A stretch of DNA of 59,808 nt from a virus (lineage: Duplodnaviria; Caudoviricetes): positions 1-59,808 of IMG/VR virus record IMGVR_UViG_3300033150_001833, one strand, 5' to 3'. Below the pieces are notes generated by a model. That model was not told the DNA's origin, searched no databases, and saw only the letters and a program-made list of their open reading frames with translations. Below, in pieces: positions 35,441-45,797 of the stretch (within the stretch, counting starts at the first letter, position 1; every line of letters begins with the position of its first letter). Made by a program: the position numbers and the translations under genes.

Positions 35441-37136
35441 GCTCCTCGCTTGGCTGTGGCCCGATTTCTCTGGGAACCCGAAACGCAGAACGTGATGTTC
35501 TTTCATGGTTATCAAGAACAACATTAAACTTCTGATTTATACATCCCAACCTTCTAATCAAGGTTCCCAATTGTCTTTGTCGTATGTCAGCACCCTTTTT
35601 TATTTTAGTCCATAATGAAAAATTATCTAAAAATATATACCAACACCCATTATGTATAAACGGCTGCTTATCAATAACAGCCTCATCTAATGTAAGCTTG
35701 TTGGAGCTTTCCAGATAATCTTCTATCCAATATTTAACCACTCCCTTATCACTAACTTCCTCCCCTATTTCTCGAACATTTTCTTCTGCTAATATTAACA
35801 ACTGTTGAATATGATTATCCCATTCTTTTGGTTTAAACCGGGTAATAATTTTACCTGTTGTAGCTGCAATTTTATTTCTAAACTGAGGTTGTGATGTAAA
35901 ATGTTGGATTTTTAAGGTGATTTCTTCTACCTTGCCGTTATATTCAATATGAATTACATAATCCGGGTCTTCAGATAAATATTTCTCAATCTTAATAATC
36001 TTAACTCCCATCCGGATACTTACATCTTTACGTAATTTTTCTGATGGGCTATCTTCTTCAGATGGATTTAATTCCTCAGATAATTGAAGATTTTTAATGT
36101 CCTGCTGAATTTCAAATGATTCGGAAATTGCGTCGTCTCTTGCATTGATAATTGTACGAGCATAATATTGAGTATTATTAAATTTTAGATCATGACCATG
36201 ATATTCACGATGGGCTATTAAAAGATCAACTATTTCTTGCGGTTTCCATTTTGCTCTGGCTGCAAACCCAGCCAGCGCCATATCGTAACCACTTGGGCTA
36301 GTATCATTTAAATCTCCTTGCCTCTGATTTTCCCATGTTGCCTGAAACTTTCCGAATATTGCCCACAACTGCGCGAACTTGGCTGGCGGCGGCTGGCGAT
36401 TTTTTGCAAGAATAAATCTTTTGCCAGCCAGATTGATTTTACTCGAATCGGTTGAGCGGTTATCGTTTGTATCGTCAGGCAAAAATTCCTCAAGATCACC
36501 AGGATTATACCTCAGATCGTTAAATTCTATTATTTTAACAATAACAGGATCTTTCTTGCAATTATAACTCTCCGGGGGCCGTAAGATTCTAACGAGATCT
36601 TGGACACTATCAATGCTCCATCCTTGTTGCATTGCAATAGTGTGAAAACAAAGTTTGATACGACGCAAAAACTTCATTGCACTGATACGATCTTCAGGAG
36701 TCTTGAGTTCCCACATTTCTTTGAACACCCAATATGCCTGAAGGCCATGCCCAGAATGCACAACCACAGTTGGGTCAAACCCATGACCGTGGATAACGCT
36801 CATAGCGTCGTCTAATGTAGGCGGATATCTTTTGCTTTTATGATGACCACAAGTTCCAAAATCAATATCAGCAAAGACAGCCGGCAATGCTATTACCGGC
36901 CTGCCCTTGCTTTCATCAAGATGACAACGTTGATCTTTTTTGTATTTTTTACCCGATAAACCAACCTGAAAATATTGATCTCTCTTTGGGTTTTTTAAAA
37001 TAAAATCAACAGCCTGATCGATATCAGGCGTCCAAAAAGAACTGCCACCCCTTTTCTTCCCGGGTCTCCATATTAACAGGTGTGATCCATCAGGCTTATC
37101 ATCATAAAGCAACCTGAAAAAATCACAAAGATTCAT
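35403..37136 (-). CDS. RepB-type (AEP) DNA primase / replication protein
   Basis: FADIDFG, PTVVVHSGHGLQAYW, DLVRILRPP. Confidence 0.85.
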   Translation of the reverse strand: MNLCDFFRLLYDDKPDGSHLLIWRPGKKRGGSSFWTPDIDQAVDFILKNPKRDQYFQVGLSGKKYKKDQRCHLDESKGRPVIALPAVFADIDFGTCGHHKSKRYPPTLDDAMSVIHGHGFDPTVVVHSGHGLQAYWVFKEMWELKTPEDRISAMKFLRRIKLCFHTIAMQQGWSIDSVQDLVRILRPPESYNCKKDPVIVKIIEFNDLRYNPGDLEEFLPDDTNDNRSTDSSKINLAGKRFILAKNRQPPPAKFAQLWAIFGKFQATWENQRQGDLNDTSPSGYDMALAGFAARAKWKPQEIVDLLIAHREYHGHDLKFNNTQYYARTIINARDDAISESFEIQQDIKNLQLSEELNPSEEDSPSEKLRKDVSIRMGVKIIKIEKYLSEDPDYVIHIEYNGKVEEITLKIQHFTSQPQFRNKIAATTGKIITRFKPKEWDNHIQQLLILAEENVREIGEEVSDKGVVKYWIEDYLESSNKLTLDEAVIDKQPFIHNGCWYIFLDNFSLWTKIKKGADIRQRQLGTLIRRLGCINQKFNVVLDNHERTSRSAFRVPREIGPQPSEEHDDEKSRENAGL

Positions 37137-37137
37137 A

Positions 37138-37863
37138 TCAGGCGCCAGTATCTTGTGTTAAATCATTTACAATCTCTTCAGCAGTCGCCTGAAGCATCGG
37201 AGCAATTTTTTCAGAATACTCTTTCCAGAAACCAGGATTCGGCACTGGCCCTGCTACACTGAATTTTGCTTTAGAAAACTTAACACCATCAGCATTCTTG
37301 TCTGGCTCCAACTCAATCCTGGTGATTCTCTCATAAAAATTAATGCCATTGGAAGCAAGTCGTAGTAAATATTTCTTAGCTGAATTCAAACTTGTAGGTG
37401 GAAGATTTATCACATACGGAAGAGCCGCGTCCGGCATCACGATAAAAATAAACCTTCTTTCCCGGCAAGCCTGAGACCTGGTATTTGGAGCACTCCCAAA
37501 TTCAGATAATGGACATTGCAAACATAGTCCACCGGGCTCTCCTCTGCCGTGTATAAGATCCACAGATACACAGTCAGGGGGTGCACCCCCTCCAGATTCA
37601 TCGTATGATATTGACCAATACACCCGTGCCGTAGCAGTATATACGATAATGCCCTCAATATGTTTGGCATCTTTCTCGCCGTCGATAGTATCATAAGTCC
37701 ATATTTTCCCACCCCCGGCAGGTATGCTAATTTTATCCAAATCCAACGGATTGATCTTAACATTTCCGAGATTTGCCTTGATGATTGAGGTAATATCAAC
37801 GTTCATGGTTACTGCCGCATACTCCGTGGCTTCTGTTGCCACAACTACTTCTCTTTTTTCCAT
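37138..37863 (-). CDS. Conserved phage replication-module protein (putative SSB)
   Basis: PPDCVS...CLQCP...FGS...ACRERR...LPPTSL. Confidence 0.65.
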   Translation of the reverse strand: MEKREVVVATEATEYAAVTMNVDITSIIKANLGNVKINPLDLDKISIPAGGGKIWTYDTIDGEKDAKHIEGIIVYTATARVYWSISYDESGGGAPPDCVSVDLIHGRGEPGGLCLQCPLSEFGSAPNTRSQACRERRFIFIVMPDAALPYVINLPPTSLNSAKKYLLRLASNGINFYERITRIELEPDKNADGVKFSKAKFSVAGPVPNPGFWKEYSEKIAPMLQATAEEIVNDLTQDTGA

Positions 37864-37878
37864 GTCCCATCCTCCGTG

Positions 37879-38286
37879 TTATTTGGTTCTGATTAAATTA
37901 AACTTCTCCGATGGTTCAATAACCTTAATTAAATGTGGGGGAAGCGAATCCCCCGCTCTTTCCACCTCTCTCACATATGCCGCAAACGCATTGGCGTTAT
38001 AGTTTTCCTTGAGAAAGTCTTCAGCAATACCGTCCTCTTTCATGGCTCGTATCACATCGACACGGGTTTTACCATCCTTAAACTTAGGCCATATTTGAGA
38101 TCGAACATACAAAGTTCCAAGACCATCTAATGTCATTTTGCTCACGCCTGCCATCGACATCTGCTCCAACAATATTTGTTCCACCTTCGCTTTTGTGTTT
38201 TTAATTGATTTGATCTGTGCCTCAAGATCTTTTTGTTTTTTATCCAGTTCAGCGTACTGAACCATCATTGCTATATCAACGGTCAT
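37879..38286 (-). CDS. Conserved phage coiled-coil protein
   Basis: Typical gene between helicase and SSB-like gene. Confidence 0.6.
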   Translation of the reverse strand: MTVDIAMMVQYAELDKKQKDLEAQIKSIKNTKAKVEQILLEQMSMAGVSKMTLDGLGTLYVRSQIWPKFKDGKTRVDVIRAMKEDGIAEDFLKENYNANAFAAYVREVERAGDSLPPHLIKVIEPSEKFNLIRTK

Positions 38287-38338
38287 ATTATACCCCTCTT
38301 TATAATAAATTGATGCTGTTAATGGATTCTTGCTTTAT

Positions 38339-39739
38339 TCACGATGTCCTTAATTGCGTTAATACATATTCCACAACGGCCTTTTTCTTGGATAGGCTGT
38401 TATACACATCGGTATCAACAGTACCCTCGGCCAATAAATGATAATATGTTACCGGGGTGGTTTGACCAGGCCTATCGACTCTTGCAAGAGATTGTTCATA
38501 ATCTCTAAGACTATATCCAGTAGAAAAATAAATACAATATCGAGCCCTTGTCAGGTCAATCCCAACACTACCTGACTTAATAATCTGACTTACAATAGTA
38601 TTAAATTTACCATCTTTCCATTCTTTTAGTTGCTTTATCTGCCCGGATAATTCTGCGGCCGGACGACCCATTTTCTCAGATAGTTTTTTAATTCGCTGGA
38701 TCTCATTAGTAAATCGTGCGAAAATAACAATCGGTTCATCAATAGGCAAATCTTCAAATATATCTGCAAGAACATTCAATTTTGCATTGCAAATAATTTT
38801 TGATTCCCCACTATCTAATTTAACAAAACCACCAGTTATCTGCCCAAGTCTAAGTAGCTTAACAAGAACATTAGCCGCTGTAATTTTATCCCCAATTTCA
38901 TCAAGCCACGCAACAAACTCAACCTTCAAACTATTATAAATCTTTTGCGCTTCTCTTGAAAGCCGGCACGTCCGTATCTCGTGCATAACCGATGGAAGAT
39001 CAAGGACATCATTCTTCTTAACGCGGTGTGCTCTCGTATAAAATATGGCCCTTAGTTCCTCCTCTCGTTGATAACCGACAACTTTTTTGAAGTCACCCAT
39101 GTCCTTTATAATAGCATATCGATTTCTAAACTGTGTGAAATTTTTATTATATATATTAAAGTTCATAAATCTGAATTGACCATAAATATCTAATGGCGTA
39201 TCCATGGGGGTACCGGTTAAACATAGTCTGAATTTTGCTCTCCCTAATTTTGCGATCTGATAATTAAACCACGAGGTTTTTGATCTAGGTGACGCTAATC
39301 GGTGAGATTCATCAGCAATAACCATATCCCACATAGTTGATAGAATAACACCCTTGTTTATAATTCTATTCTTTTTATTATAATCAGGCCCCAACCCAGG
39401 GCGCCAAGCTGATTCATAATTAACAATAACAGCCAACCTGTGTGAGGTGATGCGTTGCAATTCCAAAGCACTGCTAAGAATTTGAGCTTTTTTCTTAACA
39501 CTACCTTTGTTTAATACCAAACACTTCCATTTTTCTTTTGAGTGTTTTGCGAATTGCTCCGGCCAAACATCCATAACAGATACCGGGCATTGAATTAATA
39601 TTTTTCGGGCTTCTTTTCTGTTAGCCAATTCGATAGCTTCATAAGTTTTCCCACACCCCATATCGTGGGCAAACATGAACTCTGTAAACGGCATAGCCAT
39701 CCTAATGGCTTCTTCCTGGTGTTCCCATGTTTGTGTCAA
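38339..39739 (-). CDS. SNF2-family helicase
   Basis: DMGCGKT, DESH, LTGTP, GIDLT, QSLARVDRPGQ. Confidence 0.92.
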   Translation of the reverse strand: MTQTWEHQEEAIRMAMPFTEFMFAHDMGCGKTYEAIELANRKEARKILIQCPVSVMDVWPEQFAKHSKEKWKCLVLNKGSVKKKAQILSSALELQRITSHRLAVIVNYESAWRPGLGPDYNKKNRIINKGVILSTMWDMVIADESHRLASPRSKTSWFNYQIAKLGRAKFRLCLTGTPMDTPLDIYGQFRFMNFNIYNKNFTQFRNRYAIIKDMGDFKKVVGYQREEELRAIFYTRAHRVKKNDVLDLPSVMHEIRTCRLSREAQKIYNSLKVEFVAWLDEIGDKITAANVLVKLLRLGQITGGFVKLDSGESKIICNAKLNVLADIFEDLPIDEPIVIFARFTNEIQRIKKLSEKMGRPAAELSGQIKQLKEWKDGKFNTIVSQIIKSGSVGIDLTRARYCIYFSTGYSLRDYEQSLARVDRPGQTTPVTYYHLLAEGTVDTDVYNSLSKKKAVVEYVLTQLRTS

Positions 39740-39756
39740 AATATATACTCCCCCAC

Positions 39757-40014
39757 TTATTTATTGACAAATTCAACGAGCACCGATCCGTCTTCCTTTA
39801 TTAAATTATTCTCGCTGAGTAATGTTTTGGTGAGCAAGTCACCAACATTGATATATCCATCCGACTCTTTAAAAATAATCAATGCAGTAAGCAAGCTCGG
39901 GACTTTTTCTTTTTTTTTTAACCTCGAAATATACGACGGGTGTCGCCTTATCTTATTAGCGAAATCCACATTTTTCATCCTCACCTCGTCTAAGTAATTC
40001 TGAATACTCATCAT
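39757..40014 (-). CDS. Cro-like HTH regulator
   Basis: FANKIRRHPSYISRL...PSL. Confidence 0.7.
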   Translation of the reverse strand: MMSIQNYLDEVRMKNVDFANKIRRHPSYISRLKKKEKVPSLLTALIIFKESDGYINVGDLLTKTLLSENNLIKEDGSVLVEFVNK

Positions 40015-40041
40015 ATTTTCATCCTTTCTGATTTTTCGATG

Positions 40042-40085
40042 AGGATATATTATTTTTGATACATAGTCAAGAAATTTCTTGACTA
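40042..40085. promoter_or_regulatory. Divergent promoter region with 22-bp perfect palindrome
   Basis: TAGTCAAGAAATTTCTTGACTA (40064-40085); minus-strand TTGACT-N17-TATCCT. Confidence 0.65.
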
Positions 40086-40131
40086 ATATGCATTTTTATT
40101 TAATAAGTATGAAAAATACCACGGAGGACCA

Positions 40132-40374
40132 ATGAAAAAAATTAAAGGCATTTCATTGTCGATATCAGACGAAGAAGTTTCATATAATCCAGGATATATT
40201 ATCAGGGATTCGCCATTTATTCTTATTCAAGAATTTGTCAATGGGAATTCATCTCTGCGCGATGAGATTATTAATCTTATTAAAAAAATCCCAGATCCAA
40301 ACAAACATGAAACTTATATTGGTAAAAAAGAACTCAAACTTCTAAAACAAGCATGGAGAAAAATTGATGGGTAA
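40132..40374 (+). CDS. Hypothetical protein
   Basis: SD GGAGG. Confidence 0.6.
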   Translation: MKKIKGISLSISDEEVSYNPGYIIRDSPFILIQEFVNGNSSLRDEIINLIKKIPDPNKHETYIGKKELKLLKQAWRKIDG

Positions 40375-40948
40375 AATATTTTGGTTCGATACAGAAACTA
40401 CGGGGCTTAACCCTGCGATCCACGGAATCACAGAGCTGTCAGCCCTAATTGAGATCGACGGAAACATAGTTGAAGAATTAACTTATTATATTAAACCTCA
40501 TGACAAGGCTGAGATTGATACAACGGCCATAGAAGTACAAGGCAAAACGCTGGATGAAATTTACCAGCGCGGTGAAAACGAAAGAACCGTGTATTTAAAT
40601 CTTAAAAAAAAGCTTGCCAAATATGTTAATAAATTTAACAAAACAGATAAGTTTGTACAAGCAGGTTATAATACAAACTTCGATGATGGATTCCTCCGTG
40701 AATTATTTGCCCGCAACAATGATAAATATTATGGTAGTTGGTTTATAAATGCAAGAATCGACGTTTTAACCCTAGTTGCCATAGCCTGCTCAATCCATAA
40801 ATATCCAGTCAATAATTTCAAACTTACTACAATAAGCAATTATTATGAAATTCCATTAAATGCCCACAGAACTCTAGACGATATCGTGGCTACCAGAACA
40901 TTATATAACATTTTAATAAAGGAGATTAAAGATGGGTGTCCGCATTAG
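40364..40948 (+). CDS. DEDDh 3'-5' exonuclease (DnaQ-like)
   Basis: FDTETTGL, AGYNTNFD, AHRTLDD. Confidence 0.9.
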   Translation: MMGKIFWFDTETTGLNPAIHGITELSALIEIDGNIVEELTYYIKPHDKAEIDTTAIEVQGKTLDEIYQRGENERTVYLNLKKKLAKYVNKFNKTDKFVQAGYNTNFDDGFLRELFARNNDKYYGSWFINARIDVLTLVAIACSIHKYPVNNFKLTTISNYYEIPLNAHRTLDDIVATRTLYNILIKEIKDGCPH

Positions 40949-41261
40949 TGAAGATTCAATAGTTAAAGCCAGCATAAAATGGCTGAAATCACTACCCAAT
41001 TGTAAAGCCAGAAAACGAAGAGGTGGTATATCAAACAGGGGCGAACCTGATATTTATGGCTGCATTGATGGGCGCCATTTCGAAATAGAGATCAAAGCTC
41101 CAGGAAACTCACCAACTAAACATCAAGAAGTTCTATTAGAAGAATGGAAAAACACTGGCGCCATTGCCGGAGTATCGTATTGTCTCGATGACACCAAAGA
41201 AATTATACACGCTGGGCTGCGCCGCTCAGTGCCTTTCGATGCTCCGAAACCCATTTCTTAA
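40932..41261 (+). CDS. VRR-NUC domain nuclease
   Basis: GEPDIYG...FEIEIKAPG...PTKHQ. Confidence 0.85.
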   Translation: MGVRISEDSIVKASIKWLKSLPNCKARKRRGGISNRGEPDIYGCIDGRHFEIEIKAPGNSPTKHQEVLLEEWKNTGAIAGVSYCLDDTKEIIHAGLRRSVPFDAPKPIS

Positions 41262-41502
41262 CCTTTTCTTTGCTCCCCCAACATTTGCTTGGAGCATAGT
41301 TATACAAAAAGTGTACGTAAGCCGGAATATTTAACATATTTTCCTTATCAGCATATCCAACAGCATTGCTTAAATCGTTCTCAAAAACCGCTGTAAGAAA
41401 GTTACCGGCCGGGACACCCTTCTCAATATAACGTACCAAAGAAGGCCGCATTCTTTTCGGAATTTCGTAGACAACACCAGTATAAACAAATTTAAACTTC
41501 AT
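41203..41502 (-). CDS. Conserved hypothetical phage protein
   Basis: PAGNFLTAVFENDL..A...AD...AP..CWGS. Confidence 0.7.
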   Translation of the reverse strand: MKFKFVYTGVVYEIPKRMRPSLVRYIEKGVPAGNFLTAVFENDLSNAVGYADKENMLNIPAYVHFLYNYAPSKCWGSKEKVKKWVSEHRKALSGAAQRV

Positions 41503-42463
41503 CTTCTACCCCCTTTTGCCTTTTCCCCCACCACATTGATTGGTTCACCCTGCGCTGCAACATCTTAGCAGTTGGATGAATGTAAAAGCGTTGAATTGTT
41601 GAGGGTGTATCCCCCAACAGGAACGCAATATCCATAATACTCATACCACCCTCATAGTGCAGCCATGTCGCTACATAATGTCTGAAGGCATGAGGCCCAC
41701 GACCGTCGGCGCCGCGTTTAAGTCCAAGATCAATCAGCATAATATCAACTAGCGCCTTAATCGCTCTAACAGACGGAAATAAAACTATATCCTTTACAGT
41801 AGCAGGAAATAGTTTATATCTTATTGTCATTGTTCTCATTCTGATATATTCTGATAATATATCCTTGGTCCTATCAGAAAAAAAGACCGAACGAGGTTCA
41901 GTCTTTGAGTCACTAATAAATACAGTATTTTCATCGAGGTTGATATCGTTTAATCGAATGCGACTTATTTCTTTACACCTTGCGCCGGTATCAATCAAGA
42001 GGTTCACGATTACTTGATTTCTAATCCAGTTCTGAGCTTTTGGAAACGTATAGTTCCTGCATGCTTCAATTTCTTCATCAGTAAACCATCGTTTTGCAGC
42101 CCTGATTTTTGCCGCTTTCTTATCAGCGTACTGAATTCGATACCGATACTTACTTTCAAAATTCAAAGATGCTCTGAAAAATATCCTCAGAATGGTCAGA
42201 TATAGTTGAATTGTCTTACCTGAACATCCGGTATCTTTTAAATGCTTAACATAATGTTCAACAAGATAATCTATTTCAACACCGTAAGATTCAACATGAT
42301 TGCAATAATCCGCGAATCTTTGAAGGGCTTTCCGATATGACATCCTTGTGGCAGGTGCCAAATGTTTACGCGTTTTCAAAAAACCCTCCATTTTTTTGTG
42401 GTGCGCGTACCATTTCACACTGCTCCACCTCCTATTTTTACTACAGTATCGGGGTCCGGGCAA
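41492..42463 (-). CDS. Tyrosine recombinase (non-IntI)
   Basis: SAM-like N-terminus, TGARCKE, K, HAFRH, LLGD, FY. Confidence 0.85.
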   Translation of the reverse strand: MPGPRYCSKNRRWSSVKWYAHHKKMEGFLKTRKHLAPATRMSYRKALQRFADYCNHVESYGVEIDYLVEHYVKHLKDTGCSGKTIQLYLTILRIFFRASLNFESKYRYRIQYADKKAAKIRAAKRWFTDEEIEACRNYTFPKAQNWIRNQVIVNLLIDTGARCKEISRIRLNDINLDENTVFISDSKTEPRSVFFSDRTKDILSEYIRMRTMTIRYKLFPATVKDIVLFPSVRAIKALVDIMLIDLGLKRGADGRGPHAFRHYVATWLHYEGGMSIMDIAFLLGDTPSTIQRFYIHPTAKMLQRRVNQSMWWGKRQKGVEDEV

Positions 42464-43053
42464 ATATATCCGTCATAAACCCAAATTTCTTTTCTGGAAA
42501 AAACAAAACAATAAACTTGATCGCTCCAGTCTTGCGCAATCAGATTAATTGCTCTGTAGTCCGGCGAATAAGCATTATGTTTATTTGCTAATTCAACCAA
42601 GAGCTTATTACTTTCAGCATGGAATTTATTCCCCCTTTCCCAAATCTTATCACCCTCAGCCAAAAGCTTATTAGCCTCCATCCAAAGCTCATTTCCCCTA
42701 TTCCAAAGCTTATCACTTTTCGCCCAAAGCTTGTCCCCTTCAAGCAAAAACTTGTTACTTTTAGATAGAAATCTTTTTTCGTTATTACCTTTAATTATAA
42801 GCCTGTTTCCTTCAGCTTGAAGTTTATTTATTTCAGCTAAGATTTCGTTTCTTTCAATCCAGAGATTACTACCTTTGTCCCAAAACTTACTTGCTTCATC
42901 CCAGCATTCGTTCTCCCTATCCAAAAACTTATTTGCTTTATCCCACAACTTAAAACTATAGGACGATTCGTCAAATATCTTTTCTGCCAAAGCAATAGCC
43001 TGTTTTTCGTTTATGGCTGCTACTCCAACATATATACCAGATGCTTCTTTCAT
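42415..43053 (-). CDS. Heptad-repeat (GNKLWAE-like) protein
   Basis: Tandem 7-aa repeats. Confidence 0.65.
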   Translation of the reverse strand: MKEASGIYVGVAAINEKQAIALAEKIFDESSYSFKLWDKANKFLDRENECWDEASKFWDKGSNLWIERNEILAEINKLQAEGNRLIIKGNNEKRFLSKSNKFLLEGDKLWAKSDKLWNRGNELWMEANKLLAEGDKIWERGNKFHAESNKLLVELANKHNAYSPDYRAINLIAQDWSDQVYCFVFSRKEIWVYDGYICPDPDTVVKIGGGAV

Positions 43054-43202
43054 AATTTTGTCTCCCCGCGCCGTTGTTTGATTAAACATTCTCTATGCCC
43101 AAACAAGCTGTGACACTTTCCCCACACACCTCACACGGGGCGTGTCTTGCAGAACCTGCCCCCGTTGAAAATAGCTCATATCGGTACATAACTATTCTCT
43201 CC

Positions 43203-43628
43203 TTAATCCCGAATTTTAATCCGTAGTTTTTGCACGGCCCGCGGCTGCATTCCCTTAAACACACACCCGGGGTCGATGCCCAAAGCTTGTGTAAAATTAG
43301 CCAGCTTCAAAGCACACATCGGGCATACTTTCACATCGGGAGTATATTCCTGGGTGTTCGGATCAATCCGCGAGCTACAGAAATAACAGCCCCCGGCAGC
43401 TTCTTCATAGATATTATCTATTTGATCAAATATAATCAAATCCTCATCATCGTCATCTAAACTTATTAGACCCAACCCAATTCTTACCTCCAACATTACA
43501 CAGGTCAGTGCATACATAATAATCCGCGCGGCAACATCATCAGGAATGCTGTTGATAGCCCTAATACCATCACTGCTCCAATCTGCTTTTCTGGCCTTTA
43601 AAATAGATGTTAAATCAATTACTGACAC
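43203..43628 (-). CDS. Hypothetical Zn-binding protein
   Basis: CYFC..CPMC. Confidence 0.6.
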   Translation of the reverse strand: MSVIDLTSILKARKADWSSDGIRAINSIPDDVAARIIMYALTCVMLEVRIGLGLISLDDDDEDLIIFDQIDNIYEEAAGGCYFCSSRIDPNTQEYTPDVKVCPMCALKLANFTQALGIDPGCVFKGMQPRAVQKLRIKIRD

Positions 43629-43789
43629 AATCCCCTCTCTTCCATTGTCTTCTTTCCAATATTCCCATTATCTCAAGAAAACCATCCGGCCCCAGTATTT
43701 TAAATATCTCCATAGCAGTTGACAAATCAACGCCGTATTCTTCAGCCACAGACGTAACATAATTAATTATTTGTTTTTTTGTCATCATA

Positions 43790-44013
43790 TTATTCTCCTA
43801 TAATTGAATCCTCCAGCCAGTCAATCATAACCGGCTGAACATCTGCTGGAGCACAGTCTATTGTGCGCCAGACTTCTTCCTCTATAGCTTCATCGCTGAC
43901 ACATTCATTTCGTGCCGCAAGTCCCTCGAAAAATTCGGGCTCGAACTCCCTAAGAAATTCGGCCAGACGCCCGGCCCTTTTTTCTATCACTTCATCTATT
44001 AGTTGGTTAATCA
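43790..44013 (-). CDS. Hypothetical acidic protein
   Basis: SD GGAGGGG before MINQL. Confidence 0.55.
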
Positions 44014-44054
44014 TAAGTGCCCCCTCCCTGCATGGGCCGGATGTTATTAGTTGA

Positions 44055-44333
44055 TCATTTAAAACAATCGGCTGTTTGAATTTTATGTTGTGCCATAACA
44101 GCGGCGGTATTTGCGCTGATAATAACGCCAACAGGGCTATTAATCTCATACAAAATTGATGTCGTCGGGAACTGAAGAACCCCCAAACCAGTGCTTAAAG
44201 CTTTTTCTGTTTTCAGCTCACCCCGTGCCCCCATAATGCCAGCTCGTACACCTGCCATATAAGCATCTGCAATTGCAGATTCTATATCACCTTTTTTGTA
44301 ACTTCTAAGATTAAAAACTGTTTTTGGATTCAT
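44055..44333 (-). CDS. Hypothetical protein
   Basis: Hairpin-SD leader. Confidence 0.55.
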   Translation of the reverse strand: MNPKTVFNLRSYKKGDIESAIADAYMAGVRAGIMGARGELKTEKALSTGLGVLQFPTTSILYEINSPVGVIISANTAAVMAQHKIQTADCFK

Positions 44334-44360
44334 GCTCCCACCTTCCCCGGCTGTGCCAGA

Positions 44361-44552
44361 TTATTTCAGAATTTCAACAAGGTCGTCCAATTCATCTATG
44401 TTGAGATCCTTTCCCAGCCAGTGTTCAATATCTACCACCAACTCGGAAAAATCTTCCATTTCATGGAGTTTGGGGAGATATGAACTTCCCCCATCGGCGG
44501 TTATCCGGCCTGAATGATTTTCAAGCCCAAAGTAAGATTCTGTGTGTCTCAT
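44361..44552 (-). CDS. Hypothetical protein
   Basis: Hairpin-SD leader. Confidence 0.6.
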   Translation of the reverse strand: MRHTESYFGLENHSGRITADGGSSYLPKLHEMEDFSELVVDIEHWLGKDLNIDELDDLVEILK

Positions 44553-44584
44553 GATTTTTTTTCCTCCCCCAGTCTATGCCGATG

Positions 44585-44809
44585 TTAATATTTCCGCAGA
44601 TATGCTGCCCACCAACGGCGGCATATTCGTTCAAAATCTTCCTGATCATCACACGTAGTCCCTATTGTAGACCCCAATAGGGAGCCAGAATCACAAATTT
44701 GCTGGCCTAATGTACCTGGTTTCCCATTGAGATCAACATAGACATAATATGGCCCGGGCCGTGAAAATGTAACAGGACCGCATTTTTTACTGTTTATCGT
44801 GAATTCCAT
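44585..44809 (-). CDS. Hypothetical protein
   Basis: Hairpin-SD leader. Confidence 0.65.
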   Translation of the reverse strand: MEFTINSKKCGPVTFSRPGPYYVYVDLNGKPGTLGQQICDSGSLLGSTIGTTCDDQEDFERICRRWWAAYLRKY

Positions 44810-44842
44810 AATCTTGTTCCTTTCCCAGCCTGCGCCGGTTTG

Positions 44843-45079
44843 TTAAATATTAAGTGCTTTATTCAGCATTCCATCTCTATATCCATTTGCCATTTTGACG
44901 GTACCCCAACCGTAAAAGTGGGATCTTGGGTCTGCTTTATATCCCTCTTTTCGAGCTGGTTCTACCATGTTAAGTGCTTCTTGATGAGTTTTAAATGGCC
45001 CTGCTACAATATTAAAATGATCACCATCGATTATTGACACGTAAAAACATTCCGTGTCTGTCCAGTTACCTCTTTGCAT
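44843..45079 (-). CDS. Hypothetical protein
   Basis: AGPFKTHQEAL motif; RBS. Confidence 0.6.
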   Translation of the reverse strand: MQRGNWTDTECFYVSIIDGDHFNIVAGPFKTHQEALNMVEPARKEGYKADPRSHFYGWGTVKMANGYRDGMLNKALNI

Positions 45080-45258
45080 TATTATATCCCCTATGTTTTG
45101 TTGTTATTAATAAATAACAATTTGTTTCACTGTCATCATATCTTGTGCCCAAACAATGGCACGAGGTGCGTTAAAAATAATCCAATTATTCGGAATATCT
45201 ACTGGTCTCTGCCCAATGATATAAATTTTTTTTGTTTTCATATTAATACCTTTTTCTT

Positions 45259-45534
45259 TTACAACCAGTCACCATATTTTTCGATGATATGCATCGGATT
45301 TTTACATATCTCCCATTCAGCATCCGGCTCTAATTCAGATGTTGTTTCAAATTTAACAAAATCATTGCCGCTATCATGCCGTAACATAATTATATCATGA
45401 TAGTTACCGCCGTTATTGTGCCGTATCATGGAACCACAATCGCATGGTTCACAGATGCATAATTTGCCAGTTCCCCGGTAGTTTTTTTGCGCTTTTGCGA
45501 CTTTGTTTTTTCTTACACTCGGTAGCAAATGCAT
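45259..45534 (-). CDS. Hypothetical protein
   Basis: SD AGGAGG. Confidence 0.6.
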   Translation of the reverse strand: MHLLPSVRKNKVAKAQKNYRGTGKLCICEPCDCGSMIRHNNGGNYHDIIMLRHDSGNDFVKFETTSELEPDAEWEICKNPMHIIEKYGDWL

Positions 45535-45554
45535 TGCACCCTCCTTTTTGTTGT

Positions 45555-45785
45555 TTATAGTTTTGTGCTTACAATCATAGCAGTTATAGAATCATCACAT
45601 ACCTGGTATGCTATGCTCGGAAGCCGGTCTAAAACGTAACCAGTTTTAATTTTCTTCTGCAATGTTTCAATAATATTATTGATGGACTGTTCTTTGGGAT
45701 TATACCCGGTTAGAATTGCATTTGACACGTCTCTTTTTTGTGTTCGTGGGTTCATGTAACTAATTTTTACTGCAATAGCTTGCAT
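45555..45785 (-). CDS. Hypothetical protein
   Basis: SD AAGGAGGT. Confidence 0.6.
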   Translation of the reverse strand: MQAIAVKISYMNPRTQKRDVSNAILTGYNPKEQSINNIIETLQKKIKTGYVLDRLPSIAYQVCDDSITAMIVSTKL

Positions 45786-45797
45786 GTTGTTACCTCC

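Noticed and set aside
41492-42463. Calling the recombinase intI and the locus a complete integron
   Set aside because: No IntI-specific insertion, not adjacent or divergent to the array, and no attI identified
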